In this document: positions 10,504-20,106 of the stretch, in pieces
Layout of the letters: each line of letters opens with the position of its first letter
Position numbering within the stretch: position 1 is the stretch's first letter
NCBI RefSeq assembly: GCF_001457615.1
Contig: NZ_LN831024.1
Coordinates: forward strand, 3,360,001-3,392,000
Direction: 5' to 3'
Length of the DNA: 32,000 bases
Source: Pseudomonas aeruginosa
GTDB taxonomy: Bacteria; Pseudomonadota; Gammaproteobacteria; Pseudomonadales; Pseudomonadaceae
Made by a program: the position numbers and the translations under genes
Notes under the pieces: model-generated
The model's input: the letters and a program-made list of their open reading frames with translations, nothing else
Databases searched by the model: none
Told to the model about the DNA's origin: nothing

Positions 10504-11526
10504 ATGAAAGCGACTATGGTCCTGACCCCGCTGGCCCTGGCAATGGCTGCAGTGCTGTCGGTATCGGCCTACGCCGGAAACGAAGGTGGCTGGCACCCGC
10601 CGAAACCCAACCCGCAGTCGAACAACAAGGGCGGAGCCACGGCCCTGGTGGTGGATACGCAGCAGAACTACAACAACAAGGTCAGCAACTTCGGCACGCT
10701 GAACAATGCCTCGGTGAGCGGCTCGATCAAGGATGCCTCGGGCAACGTCGGGGTCAACGTCGCCGCCGGCGACAACAACCAGCAGGCCAACGCCGCCGCG
10801 CTGGCCAGCGCCGACGCCAGCTTCGTGTTCGGCACCGCGACCGCCAGCACCAGCGTGCTGCAGAGCGGCTACGGCAATACGCTGAACAACTACTCCAACC
10901 CCAACACCGCATCGCTGAGCAACTCGGCCAACAACGTCTCGGGCAACCTGGGCGTGAACGTCGCCGCCGGCAACTTCAACCAGCAGAAGAACGACCTGGC
11001 CGCCGCCGTCTCCAACGGCCAGTACAGCACTGCCGGTAGCGCCGCGTCGCAGACCTCCACCGGCAACACCACCGTCAACAGCGCCAACTACGCCTATGGC
11101 GGCACCTACGTGTCGCTGAAGCTGAACGCCGACGGCAGCTACAAGGGCACCTCCGACCAGATCGGCGACGTCTACCTCGACACCTGGGAAGGCCAGACCC
11201 ATCCGGGCGGCAGCAATACCGGCCACATCGACGTGGACAGCCAGGCCCAGGGCGCCAAGGACCTGAACCACGACGGCGGCGCGTTCGCCTTCAAGGAAAA
11301 GGGCGACGTCGACCTGAAAGGCACGGTGTCCGGCTTCATCCCGGCGATCGTCGGCTTCAAGACCCCGGTCACCAACAACGCCAGCCTGAGCAACTCGTTG
11401 CAGAACGTCTCGGGCAACGTCGGGGTGAACATCGCCGCCGGTGGCGGCAACCAGCAGAGCAACTCCCTGTCCATCGCCGCCGGTTGCAGCAGCTGCCCGG
11501 CCGGTGGCGAGAGCCTTGGCTTCTGA
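10504..11526 (+). CDS. fapC: major functional amyloid subunit FapC
   Basis: A GGAG RBS precedes the start, and the signal peptide is MKATMVLTPLALAMAAVLSVSAYA. There are three conserved repeats of the type GN[VL]GVN[VI]AAGxxNQQ separated by linkers. The C-terminus has CSSC. 340 aa. Confidence 0.93.
   Translation: MKATMVLTPLALAMAAVLSVSAYAGNEGGWHPPKPNPQSNNKGGATALVVDTQQNYNNKVSNFGTLNNASVSGSIKDASGNVGVNVAAGDNNQQANAAALASADASFVFGTATASTSVLQSGYGNTLNNYSNPNTASLSNSANNVSGNLGVNVAAGNFNQQKNDLAAAVSNGQYSTAGSAASQTSTGNTTVNSANYAYGGTYVSLKLNADGSYKGTSDQIGDVYLDTWEGQTHPGGSNTGHIDVDSQAQGAKDLNHDGGAFAFKEKGDVDLKGTVSGFIPAIVGFKTPVTNNASLSNSLQNVSGNVGVNIAAGGGNQQSNSLSIAAGCSSCPAGGESLGF
10702..10809 (+). repeat. FapC amyloid repeat R1 (coding)
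   Basis: NNASVSGSIKDASGNVGVNVAAGDNNQQANAAALAS. Confidence 0.85.
10903..11013 (+). repeat. FapC amyloid repeat R2 (coding)
   Basis: NTASLSNSANNVSGNLGVNVAAGNFNQQKNDLAAAVS. Confidence 0.85.
11374..11481 (+). repeat. FapC amyloid repeat R3 (coding)
   Basis: NNASLSNSLQNVSGNVGVNIAAGGGNQQSNSLSIAA. It is separated from R2 by a linker of about 120 aa. Confidence 0.85.
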
Positions 11527-11537
11527 TCCTGGCCCAG

Positions 11538-11565
11538 GGGTTCCGGCGCCAGCCGGAACCCTTTT
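11538..11565 (+). terminator. intra-operon rho-independent terminator/attenuator between fapC and fapD
   Basis: GGGTTCCGGC-gcca-GCCGGAACCC is a perfect 10-bp stem followed by TTTTCC. It starts 12 nt after the fapC stop and ends 22 nt before the fapD ATG. Confidence 0.62.
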
Positions 11566-11587
11566 CCATCCGACACAGGAACCGGCC

Positions 11588-12268
11588 ATGCGCACGCTCA
11601 TCCTTTCCCTGCTGCTGCTCGTCGACCTCACCGCCCAGGCGGCGACCCTCGGCTTTCCCGCCCTGCCCGGCGGCGGCCTGGTCTACAAGCAGGTGCAGAG
11701 CATCCGCGAGCGGCGCTTCGCCGACCTGGTCGAGCAGAAGACCGATTTCAGCTGCGGCGCCGCGGCCCTCGCGACCATCCTGGAGAAGGCCTACGGCGCC
11801 CCGCTCGACGAGCAGGCGGTGATCCAGGGCATGCTCGCCCACGCCGACCCGGAGATCGTCCGCACCCAGGGCTTCTCCATGCTCGACATGAAGCGCTACG
11901 TCGAATCCATGGGCATGCGCGCGCGCGGCTACCGGATCGAGGCGGCGCAACTGGAACAACTGAAGATCCCCGCCATCGTGCTGATGGAAATCCGCGGCTA
12001 CAAGCACTTCGTCGTCCTGCAACGCACCCAGGGCGAGTACGTGTACGTGGGTGACCCGGCGCTGGGGCACAAACGTTACGCGCTGACAGAGTTCGCCAAG
12101 GGCTGGAACGGCATCGTCTTCGCCGTGATCGGCCAGGGATACGACCGCGGCAATCCGCTGCTGACGCCGCCCGAGCCGCTGACCGCGCGCAATCGCCTGG
12201 ACCGCTTCAAACCGGTCAGGGACGCCGAACTGATGGAATTCGGCTTCATCCAGAGCGATTTCTTCTGA
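11588..12268 (+). CDS. fapD: FapD, C39-family cysteine peptidase of the Fap system
   Basis: It has a signal peptide. The catalytic Cys context is QKTDFSCGAAALATIL. The His/Asp context is KHFVVLQRTQGEYVYVGDP. Confidence 0.9.
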   Translation: MRTLILSLLLLVDLTAQAATLGFPALPGGGLVYKQVQSIRERRFADLVEQKTDFSCGAAALATILEKAYGAPLDEQAVIQGMLAHADPEIVRTQGFSMLDMKRYVESMGMRARGYRIEAAQLEQLKIPAIVLMEIRGYKHFVVLQRTQGEYVYVGDPALGHKRYALTEFAKGWNGIVFAVIGQGYDRGNPLLTPPEPLTARNRLDRFKPVRDAELMEFGFIQSDFF

Positions 12269-12281
12269 TCGCAGGAGCCGG

Positions 12282-13034
12282 ATGCTCCGGGAGCACGCCA
12301 TGTACACGCACCACTGCTTCGTCCTCGCCTGCTGCCTCGGCGCTGCGCTGCCCGCCCCCGCCAGCGACCTGTTCGCCCCCGCCGAACTGAGCGACCAGGA
12401 GCTTTCCCATCTGCGCGGGCGCTATGTGCTGCCGGGGCGGATCGTCAGCTTCGGAGTGACCATGAGCAGCACCTGGCAGAACGCCAGCGGCCAGGTCCTC
12501 GGCGCGCGCGTCGACCTGCAGGTGCGGCAGAACCTGGCGCGCCCGGTCCTCAACGTCACCCTGGTCGATCGGCCAGGCGACGCCCCACCACCCGCCGCCG
12601 GCAACGGCCAGGTCCTCGGCGGCGCCGGACTGGCACAGACCCAAGGGGTCAGCCAGAGCATCCGCACCGCCGGCGACCACAACAGCGCCAGCAATGGCGT
12701 CAGCATCGAGGTCCGCCACGGCGACGCGCCGCCGCCACTGCCGGGCGGCACGCCGCTGGAAGGTGCGCTCGCCCTCAGCGGCGAGGCCGGCACGGTGAAG
12801 GTCACGCCGAACGGCGGCGCCCTGCAACTGGCGATCCAGGCCAGCGGCCAGGGCGCCAGCCTGCAAAGCCTCGGCGCCGGCGGCCTGGTGCAGAGCGTGG
12901 CGCTCAGCGGAAACCGCAACCTGGTGCAGAACCTGGCGGCGCTCGAGGTGATGCTCAAGGACCGGCCGGGCGCCGATCCGGCACTGAATTGCGCCTGGGA
13001 GCAATTGCGCGCGCTGCGCCCCAGCGGCTACTGA
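12282..13034 (+). CDS. fapE: FapE, minor fibre-associated component
   Basis: Position 5 in the fap cluster. The signal peptide is (MLREHA)MYTHHCFVLACCLGAALPAPA. An alternative ATG at 12300 has the better-spaced GGGAG RBS. Confidence 0.82.
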   Translation: MLREHAMYTHHCFVLACCLGAALPAPASDLFAPAELSDQELSHLRGRYVLPGRIVSFGVTMSSTWQNASGQVLGARVDLQVRQNLARPVLNVTLVDRPGDAPPPAAGNGQVLGGAGLAQTQGVSQSIRTAGDHNSASNGVSIEVRHGDAPPPLPGGTPLEGALALSGEAGTVKVTPNGGALQLAIQASGQGASLQSLGAGGLVQSVALSGNRNLVQNLAALEVMLKDRPGADPALNCAWEQLRALRPSGY

Positions 13035-13094
13035 AAGTTGATCTAGTCTGAAATCACTGTGCTATCGGAAGGCCATAAAAACGGAACGGCAAAC

Positions 13095-14360
13095 ATGACC
13101 CAGACACTCTCGCTGCGAGCTGTCCTCTGCGCCACCACCCTGGTTTCCCCGTTCCTGGCGCAGGCCGCGACGGAGTCCGAGGTCGAGGCGCTGAAGAAGG
13201 AACTCCTGGAGCTGCGCCAACGCTACGAGGCCCAGCAGAACGCCCTGATGGTCCTCGAACAGCGCGTACGCCAGGTCGAGGCGCAACCCCAGGCGCCGCA
13301 GCCGCAACGCCTGGTCAAGTCGATCCAGCCGCCGGCGCAGGCGCGCAACGACGCCAACGCGGTCGCCGGCACCTACGGCGCCAGCCTCAAGGACGATGGC
13401 GCGCCCGCGCCCAGCGTGGAAAACATCTACCAGGACGCCAGCGGCTTCTTCGGCGGCGGCACCTTCAGCCTGGAGACCGGCCTCACCTACAGCCACTACG
13501 ACACCCGCCAGTTGTTCCTCAACGGCTTCCTGGCGCTGGACTCGATCTTCCTCGGCAACATCGGCGTGGACCAGATCGATGCCGACATCTGGACCCTCGA
13601 CCTGACCGGCCGCTACAACTGGAACCAGCGCTGGCAGGTGGATATCAACGCCCCGGTGGTCTATCGCGAATCGACCTACCAGTCCGCCGGCGCCGGCGGC
13701 TCGACCTCGCAGATCACCGAGAAATCGGTGACCGGCGACCCACGCCTGGGCGACGTCAGCTTCGGCGTCGCCTACAAGTTCCTCGACGAAAGCGAGAGCA
13801 CCCCGGACGCGGTGGTCAGCCTGCGGGTCAAGGCGCCCACCGGCAAGGATCCTTACGGCATCAAGCTGAAGCAGGTACCGGGCAACAACAACCTCAACGT
13901 GCCCGACGACCTGCCCACCGGCAACGGCGTCTGGTCGATCACCCCGGGCATCTCGCTGGTGAAGACGGTGGACCCGGCGGTGCTGTTCGGCAGCCTGTCG
14001 TATACCTACAACTTCGAAGAGTCGTTCGACGACATCAACCCGCAGCAAGGCGTGAAGACCGGCGGCAAGGTCAAGCTCGGCAACTGGTTCCAACTCGGCG
14101 TCGGCGTGGCCTTCGCGCTGAACGAGAAGATGAGCCTGTCGTTCTCCTTCTCCGAACTGATCAGCCAGAAGAGCAAGGTCAAGCAGGACGGCCAAAGCTG
14201 GCAGACCGTCAGCGGCAGCGACGCCAACGCCGGCTACTTCGGCCTGGGCATGACCTATGCGGTGAGCAACAGGTTCAGCATCGTGCCCAGCCTGTCCATC
14301 GGCATCACTCCGGACGCGCCGGACTTCACCTTCGGCGTGAAATTCCCCTACTACTTCTGA
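13095..14360 (+). CDS. fapF: FapF, outer-membrane amyloid secretion channel
   Basis: It has a signal peptide, then an N-terminal coiled coil ([36 protein letters not shown]). The C-terminal part has alternating beta-strand patterns and ends in FGVKFPYYF, with the terminal aromatic residue typical of OMPs. Confidence 0.9.
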   Translation: MTQTLSLRAVLCATTLVSPFLAQAATESEVEALKKELLELRQRYEAQQNALMVLEQRVRQVEAQPQAPQPQRLVKSIQPPAQARNDANAVAGTYGASLKDDGAPAPSVENIYQDASGFFGGGTFSLETGLTYSHYDTRQLFLNGFLALDSIFLGNIGVDQIDADIWTLDLTGRYNWNQRWQVDINAPVVYRESTYQSAGAGGSTSQITEKSVTGDPRLGDVSFGVAYKFLDESESTPDAVVSLRVKAPTGKDPYGIKLKQVPGNNNLNVPDDLPTGNGVWSITPGISLVKTVDPAVLFGSLSYTYNFEESFDDINPQQGVKTGGKVKLGNWFQLGVGVAFALNEKMSLSFSFSELISQKSKVKQDGQSWQTVSGSDANAGYFGLGMTYAVSNRFSIVPSLSIGITPDAPDFTFGVKFPYYF

Positions 14361-14442
14361 GGGGCCACCGTTCGAGCCTGGGCATGCCTTACCCCTCGAA
14401 GGGATGCGTGAGCCTGGGAGCGGTCCTCGCCTAGCTGCGCAG

Positions 14443-14471
14443 GGCGGATAACGCCGCAGGCGTTATCCGCC
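14443..14471. repeat. REP-like perfect palindrome between convergent fapF and rbsK (likely bidirectional terminator/stabiliser)
   Basis: GGCGGATAACGCC-gca-GGCGTTATCCGCC has 13-bp arms. The arm sequence resembles enterobacterial/pseudomonad REP cores (..GCGTTATCCGCC..). Confidence 0.6.
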
Positions 14472-14493
14472 GGTAGCAACGGCACCGTCCCTC

Positions 14494-15420
14494 TCAAGCC
14501 TCGCCAGCGAGCGCCCGCTCGACTTCCTCGCGCGAGGGGATCGAGGTCTGCGCGCCGAGGCGGGTCACCGAGATCGCCGCGGCGGCCTGGCCGAAGCGGA
14601 TCGCCGCCGCCTCGTCGAGGCCGCGCGCAAGGGCCGCGGCGAAGCCACCGACGAAGGTGTCGCCGGCCGCCGTGGTATCCAGCGCCTTGACCCGCGCCAC
14701 CGGGAAATGCTCGTCCCGCCCCTCGCCCACCAGTAGGGCGCCCTGGGCGCCGAGGGTGACGATCACCCTGCCGGCGCCCATTTCGCGCAGGCGCTCAGCG
14801 GCACGCCCGGCGCTCTCCAGGGAGTCCACCGGCAGACGGCAGAGCAGTTCGCTTTCGGTCTCGTTGGGGACCAGGTAGTCCACCAGCGGCAGCCAGTCCG
14901 CCGGCACGTCGCGGGTGGCCGGCGCCGGGTTGAGGATCACCGTCTTGCCCAGTGCATGGGCCCGGCGCAGCACATGGCCAACCGTCTCCAGCGGGCTTTC
15001 CAGCTGGCAGACCACCACCTGCGCCTGCTCCAGCAAGTGTTCGTGGCGCGCCAGCACGGCCGGCGACAGGTGGCCGTTGCCGCCGGCGACGATGACGATG
15101 GCGTTCTGGCTGCTGTCGTCGACCACGATCAGCGCCACCCCGCTGGACTCCCCGGCCACCCGCTCGACGCCCTGGCAGTCGATGCCCTCGGCCTGTAGCG
15201 CACGGTACAACTGGTCGCCGTAGGCATCGTCGCCAAGGCAGCCGATCATCGCCACCTCCGCGCCGAGACGCGCCGCGGCGACCGCCTGGTTGGCTCCCTT
15301 GCCGCCGGGAACGGTGATGAAGGACTGCCCGGCGAGGGTCTCGCCGCCCCGTGGCAGGCGCGGCGCGCGCACCACCAGGTCCATGTTCAGGCTGCCCACC
15401 ACCAGTACTTTCGCTTGCAT
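14494..15420 (-). CDS. rbsK: ribokinase
   Basis: The internal ATG at 15420 has an AAGGA RBS. MQAKVLVVGSLNMDLVV...ITVPGGKGANQAVAAARLG and DTTAAGDTFVGGFAAAL are PfkB/ribokinase motifs. 308 aa. Confidence 0.93.
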   Translation of the reverse strand: MQAKVLVVGSLNMDLVVRAPRLPRGGETLAGQSFITVPGGKGANQAVAAARLGAEVAMIGCLGDDAYGDQLYRALQAEGIDCQGVERVAGESSGVALIVVDDSSQNAIVIVAGGNGHLSPAVLARHEHLLEQAQVVVCQLESPLETVGHVLRRAHALGKTVILNPAPATRDVPADWLPLVDYLVPNETESELLCRLPVDSLESAGRAAERLREMGAGRVIVTLGAQGALLVGEGRDEHFPVARVKALDTTAAGDTFVGGFAAALARGLDEAAAIRFGQAAAAISVTRLGAQTSIPSREEVERALAGEA

Positions 15421-15473
15421 CGTTGCGTCCTTGTTCCAGCCTCTCTCTAGCGAGGGCGCCCCCGGCGCCCGGT

Positions 15474-16487
15474 TCAGACCCGCACCAGCGGCGGCGCGGT
15501 GGATTCGCGCAGGACCAGCGCCGGCGCCACCACCCGCCGCTGCATCGGCTCCTCGCGCTCGGCGATGCGTTGCAGCAGCAATTGCGCAGCGATCTCGCCA
15601 AGCAGGCGGATCGACTGGCCCACGGTGGTCAAGGCGGGAAACACGAAGCGGCTCAGCTCGATATCGTCGAAGCCGATCACCGACAGTTCGTGCGGCACCC
15701 TGATATTCAGCTCGGCCGCGGCGCGCAGCACGCCGATGCCGATCATGTCGTTGCCGGCGACGATCGCCGTCGGTCGCTCGCCCTCGCCGCCCAGCAGGCC
15801 GAGCGCCGCGTGGTAGCCGCCGGGGCTGCTGAACTCGCTTTCCAGCAGCCACTGCGGGCGCACCTCCAGGCCGGCCTTGGCCATCGCCCGCCGGTAGCCC
15901 TCGACCCGCAGCGTCGAAACCTTGGTCGACAGCGGCCCGCCGATGCAGGCGATGTCGCGATGGCCCAGTTCGAGCAGGTGGCGGGTCGCCAGGTAGGCGC
16001 CCATCTCATGGTCGATCTGCACCCGGTCAGCTTCCACGCCTTCCACCTCGCGGTCGACGATCACGGTCGGCGTGCGCATGTTCGCCAGTCCCTTGGCCAG
16101 CGCGCCGTCGCCGCCGGCGGACGCCAGGACCAGGCCGTCGATACGTTTCTCCTGGAGCACGCGCAGGTAGTTGGCCTGCTTCTGCGGGTTGTCGTCGGAG
16201 TTGCAGAGGATCACGCAGTAACCGTTGCGCTCGCAGCAATCCTCGATGCCGCGCGACAGCTCGGCGAAATACGGGTTGGTACTGTTCGGCACCAGCAGGC
16301 CGATGATCGAGGTGGTGCGCACCTTCAGCGAGCGCGCCACCGCGCTGGGCACGTAGTGCAGCTGCGCGATGGCGTCCTCGACCTTCTTGCGCACCGCGTC
16401 GCTGACCGGCCGCGTCCTGTTCACCACATGCGATACGGTGGTGAAGGAAACCCCCGCCATCGCCGCCACGTCCTTCATTGTCGCCAT
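15474..16487 (-). CDS. rbsR: LacI-family ribose operon repressor
   Basis: The N-terminal HTH is MATMKDVAAMAGVSFTTVSHVVN. The rest resembles a periplasmic-binding-protein-like sugar domain. It sits inside the rbs cluster. Confidence 0.9.
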   Translation of the reverse strand: MATMKDVAAMAGVSFTTVSHVVNRTRPVSDAVRKKVEDAIAQLHYVPSAVARSLKVRTTSIIGLLVPNSTNPYFAELSRGIEDCCERNGYCVILCNSDDNPQKQANYLRVLQEKRIDGLVLASAGGDGALAKGLANMRTPTVIVDREVEGVEADRVQIDHEMGAYLATRHLLELGHRDIACIGGPLSTKVSTLRVEGYRRAMAKAGLEVRPQWLLESEFSSPGGYHAALGLLGGEGERPTAIVAGNDMIGIGVLRAAAELNIRVPHELSVIGFDDIELSRFVFPALTTVGQSIRLLGEIAAQLLLQRIAEREEPMQRRVVAPALVLRESTAPPLVRV

Positions 16488-16490
16488 CGT

Positions 16491-17489
16491 TCAGCCCTGT
16501 CTGCGGGCGCGATGGCTGCGGTAGGTATCCAGCACCACCGCTACCACGATCACCGCCCCGGTAATGATTCGTTTGGTCGGCTCCGACGCACCGATCTGCG
16601 CCAGCCCCGCCGCCAATACGGAAATGATCAGCACGCCGAAGAAGGTGCTGACCACCGAACCTCGCCCGCCCATCAGGCTGGTGCCGCCGATCACCACCGC
16701 GGCGATGACCTGGAGTTCCAGGCCGACCCCGGCGTTGGGATCGGCCGCTTCCAGACGCGAGATCTGGAACAGCGCGGCCAACCCGGCGAGCAGCCCCATC
16801 AGGGCGAATACTGCAATCTTATAGGGTTTCGGGTTCACACCGGCCAATCGCACCGCTTCTTCGTTGGTACCGATGCCGATCAGGTAGCGGCCGAACACCG
16901 TGCGGGTGAGCACCGCCTGGGCGGCGAACATCACCAGCAGGGCGATCACGAAGGCCGGCGAGATGCCGAACGCCAGCGGATTGGACAGCCAGGCATAGGC
17001 GTCGCCGATATAGGCCGTGCGCGAGTCGGTCATCTGGTAGGCCAGCCCACGGGCCATCTCCAGCACCCCGAGGGACACGATGAACGAGGGAATCCGCCAG
17101 GCCACCGTGATCGAACCGGTGACGCAGCCGGCCAGGGTCGCGCAGGCCATCCCGAGCATCGCCGCCGGCAGCACGCCCCAGCCCCAGCCGAGCGTCGCCA
17201 GGCTTACCGCCGAGGCCGCCAGGGCCAGCACCGAACCCACCGAGAGATCGATGCCGCCGACGATCAGGATGAAGGTCATGCCCACCGCCAGCACCACCAG
17301 GTCGGGGATCTGGTTGGCGATGGCGAGGAAGGTGCCATAGCTGAGGAAGTGGCTGCTCAGCGCCGAGAACAGCGCGATCATCGCCAGCAGCGCGCCGGCC
17401 AGGCCGAGGTAGGTGCCCAGGCCGAAATAGTTGCCGCGTCGCAGGGTTGGCGCTGCGGCGGCGGTAGCGGAAGACGTCGGGTCGCTCAT
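16491..17489 (-). CDS. rbsC: ribose ABC transporter permease
   Basis: The protein is polytopic and hydrophobic, of the RbsC/AraH family type. The ATG at 17489 has an AAGGAA RBS. An alternative GTG at 17516 overlaps the rbsA stop (GTGA). Confidence 0.9.
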   Translation of the reverse strand: MSDPTSSATAAAAPTLRRGNYFGLGTYLGLAGALLAMIALFSALSSHFLSYGTFLAIANQIPDLVVLAVGMTFILIVGGIDLSVGSVLALAASAVSLATLGWGWGVLPAAMLGMACATLAGCVTGSITVAWRIPSFIVSLGVLEMARGLAYQMTDSRTAYIGDAYAWLSNPLAFGISPAFVIALLVMFAAQAVLTRTVFGRYLIGIGTNEEAVRLAGVNPKPYKIAVFALMGLLAGLAALFQISRLEAADPNAGVGLELQVIAAVVIGGTSLMGGRGSVVSTFFGVLIISVLAAGLAQIGASEPTKRIITGAVIVVAVVLDTYRSHRARRQG

Positions 17490-17512
17490 TTCTGGTTCCT
17501 TGCGTTGCGTGT

Positions 17513-19045
17513 TCACGACGTCGCCAGCAGCGCGTCGCGTTTCTTGTAACCGGCGAAGGCCGCCGCCAGCAGCGCGTCCTGGGTCCAGGCGTCGCGCTCG
17601 AAGGTGTTCACCATACGTCCCGCCGAGAGCACGCCGATGCGATCGCAGATCAGCATCAGCTCGCGCAGGTCGCTGGACACCACCACCAGCGCCTTGCCCC
17701 GGCGGGTCAGTTCGGCGAGCAAGGCATAGATGTCGAACTTGGCGCCGACGTCGATGCCACGGGTCGGCTCGTCGAACAGCAGCACCTGGCAGTCGCGCTC
17801 CAGCCAGCGGCCGATCACCACCTTCTGCTGGTTGCCGCCGGACAGTTCGCCCACCGCCTGCGCGGTGTCCGCGCAGCGCACCCGCAGCGCCTCCACCTGA
17901 CGCCGCGCCAGGGCTTCCTCGCGGCGCCGGTCGATCACCCCGTGGCGCGCCAGCGCCGGCAGGTTGCCCAGGGCCAGGTTGGCGCTGATCGACTGGTCCA
18001 GCAGCAGGCCCTCGCCCTTGCGGTCCTCGGTGATCAGCGCCACCCCCTGGCGCACCGAGTCGGCCGGCGAACGCAGGCTCAGGCGCTGCGGCGGATCGCC
18101 GAGCAGGACCTGCCCACCGTCGGCGCGGTCGGCGCCGTAGATCAGGCGCAACAATTCGGTGCGCCCGGAGCCGATCAGTCCGGAAATGCCGAAGATCTCC
18201 CCCGCGCGCACCTCGAACGACACCTCATGCACCTTGCCGCGCCGGCTCAACCGCTCCACCCGCAGCAACGGCGCGCCGATCTGCCGTGTACCCAGGTCGA
18301 AGCGCTCGCCCAGCTCGCGGCCGACCATCAGGGTCACCAGTTGGTCGGCGTCGTAGCGCTCGATCGGCTCGACGCAGACCAGGTGGCCATCGCGCAACAC
18401 CGAGATGCGCTGCGAAATCCGCGCCAGTTCCTCCAGTCGATGGGAGATGTAGACGATCGCCACGCCGCGTTCGCGCAGCCGCTCGACCTGCTCGAAGAGC
18501 ATGTCCACTTCGCGCGCGGTAAGCATCGCCGTGGGTTCGTCGAGGATCAGCAAACGGCAGTCGCCGATCAGGTTGCGGGCGATCTCGACCATCTGCTGGT
18601 GGCCGATGCCGAGGTCGCCGACCAGCGTGTCGGGATCGATCGCCTCCAGGCCGACCTGGGCCATCGCCTCGCGGGCCGCCGCGCGCAGGCGCCGACGGTC
18701 GATCCAGCCGGCGCGCCGGGGCAGGTCGTGGAGGAACAGGTTCTCCGCCACCGACAGGGTCGGCAGCAGGTTCAGTTCCTGCATCACCATGCGCACGCCC
18801 AGCGCCTCGGCCTCGCGGCGGCTAGCGGGGGCGTAGGGCCGGCCGAGGAGCTCCAGGCTGCCGGCGCCGGGACGTTCCAGGCCGCCGACGATCTTCGACA
18901 AGGTGCTCTTGCCGGCACCGTTCTCGCCGGTCAGGGCCAGCACCTCGCCGCCGAACAATTGCAGGTCGATCTCCGCCAGCACCGGCTGCGCGTAGGTCTT
19001 GCCGACCCCGCGGATGCTCAGCAGCGGCAATGCGTCGCTAGACAT
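17513..19045 (-). CDS. rbsA: ribose ABC transporter ATP-binding protein (tandem cassettes)
   Basis: Walker A motifs are GENGAGKST and GLIGSGRTE. The signature is LSGGNQQKV. Walker B motifs are LILDEPT and LLFDEPTRGID. 510 aa. Confidence 0.94.
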   Translation of the reverse strand: MSSDALPLLSIRGVGKTYAQPVLAEIDLQLFGGEVLALTGENGAGKSTLSKIVGGLERPGAGSLELLGRPYAPASRREAEALGVRMVMQELNLLPTLSVAENLFLHDLPRRAGWIDRRRLRAAAREAMAQVGLEAIDPDTLVGDLGIGHQQMVEIARNLIGDCRLLILDEPTAMLTAREVDMLFEQVERLRERGVAIVYISHRLEELARISQRISVLRDGHLVCVEPIERYDADQLVTLMVGRELGERFDLGTRQIGAPLLRVERLSRRGKVHEVSFEVRAGEIFGISGLIGSGRTELLRLIYGADRADGGQVLLGDPPQRLSLRSPADSVRQGVALITEDRKGEGLLLDQSISANLALGNLPALARHGVIDRRREEALARRQVEALRVRCADTAQAVGELSGGNQQKVVIGRWLERDCQVLLFDEPTRGIDVGAKFDIYALLAELTRRGKALVVVSSDLRELMLICDRIGVLSAGRMVNTFERDAWTQDALLAAAFAGYKKRDALLATS

Positions 19046-19066
19046 GGGAAGGCTCCATCGGACGGC

Positions 19067-20026
19067 TCAGGGCGCGGTCACCAACTCGACAGGCGTCTCG
19101 ACCACGCCGTCCTTCTCATGTTCCGGGGTTTGCCCGGCGAGCAGCTTGAGCGCGGTCTGGATACCGAACACCGCCTGCTTCGCGGCGAACTGGTCGGCAG
19201 TGGCCAGTACCCGGCCATCCTTGAGCATCGGCTTGATCGCCTGGATATTGTCGTAGCCGACCACCTTCACCTGCCCGGCGCGGCCCGCCGCGCGCACCGC
19301 CGATACCGCGCCGAGGGCCATGCTGTCGTTGCCGGCGAGCAGCGCCTTGAGGTCCGGATGCTCGTTGAGCATCGCCGAAGCCACCGCGTTGCCCTTCTCG
19401 ATTTCCCAGTTGCCCGACTGCAAGGAGACGATCTTCATCCCCGCCGCGTCCATCGCATCCCTGAAGCCGGCGGTGCGCTGCTGGGCATTGGTGGTCGTGG
19501 AGACCCCTTCGATGATGCCGACCTCGTCGCCGGCCTTCAGTCGCTTCGCCAGGTACTCGCCGACCAGCCGCGCGCCCTTGCGGTTGTCGGGCCCGACGAA
19601 GGGCACGCCGATCTTCTTCGCCTGCAGCACCTGCGGGTCGAAGCGGTTGTCGATGTTGACCACCACGATGCCGGCGTCCAGCGCTTTCTTCACCACCGGC
19701 ACCAGCGCCTTGGAATCGGCCGGCGCGATCACCAGTGCGTCGACCCCGGAAACGATCATCTGCTCGACGATGCGGATCTGGCTGGAGGTATCGGTCTCGT
19801 CCTTGATGCCGTTGGAAACCAGTTCGAACCGGTCGGCATGCTCCTTCTGGTAGGCCTTGGCGCCGTCCTCCATGGTCAGGAAGAACTCGTTCGCCAGCGA
19901 CTTCATCACCAGCGCGATCCTGGGCTTCTCGGGAGTTTCCGCGTGGACGGCGGACAGGGGCAGGAACGAGGAACAGGCAGTCAGCACAACGGCAGCCAAC
20001 AGGCGCCGGGAAGCGACCCGCTTCAT
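19067..20026 (-). CDS. rbsB: periplasmic ribose-binding protein
   Basis: The internal ATG at 20026 has a GGAGGA RBS. The signal peptide is MKRVASRRLLAAVVLTACSSFLPLSAVHA. RIALVMKSLANEFFLTMEDGAKAY resembles the RbsB N-lobe. Confidence 0.92.
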   Translation of the reverse strand: MKRVASRRLLAAVVLTACSSFLPLSAVHAETPEKPRIALVMKSLANEFFLTMEDGAKAYQKEHADRFELVSNGIKDETDTSSQIRIVEQMIVSGVDALVIAPADSKALVPVVKKALDAGIVVVNIDNRFDPQVLQAKKIGVPFVGPDNRKGARLVGEYLAKRLKAGDEVGIIEGVSTTTNAQQRTAGFRDAMDAAGMKIVSLQSGNWEIEKGNAVASAMLNEHPDLKALLAGNDSMALGAVSAVRAAGRAGQVKVVGYDNIQAIKPMLKDGRVLATADQFAAKQAVFGIQTALKLLAGQTPEHEKDGVVETPVELVTAP

Positions 20027-20085
20027 GGTGTATCCTCCAGCTTTTCTTATCGTTGTATTGAGGCTTTTCCAGGAGATTATCCAGA

Positions 20086-20099
20086 CGCAAACGTTTGCG
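20086..20099. promoter_or_regulatory. LacI/RbsR-type operator upstream of rbsB
   Basis: CGCAAACGTTTGCG is a perfect 14-bp palindrome, very close to the classical RbsR operator core (..AAACGTTT..). It lies 60-73 nt upstream of the rbsB ATG, just downstream of the candidate -10. Confidence 0.7.
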
Positions 20100-20106
20100 C
20101 TAGGTG

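Noticed and set aside
10408-11631. 407-aa ORF antisense to fapC
   Set aside because: It is the mirror frame of a gene with clear repeats, a signal peptide and an RBS. The product is a Gly/Ala/Val/Arg-rich low-complexity sequence typical of antisense frames in high-GC DNA.
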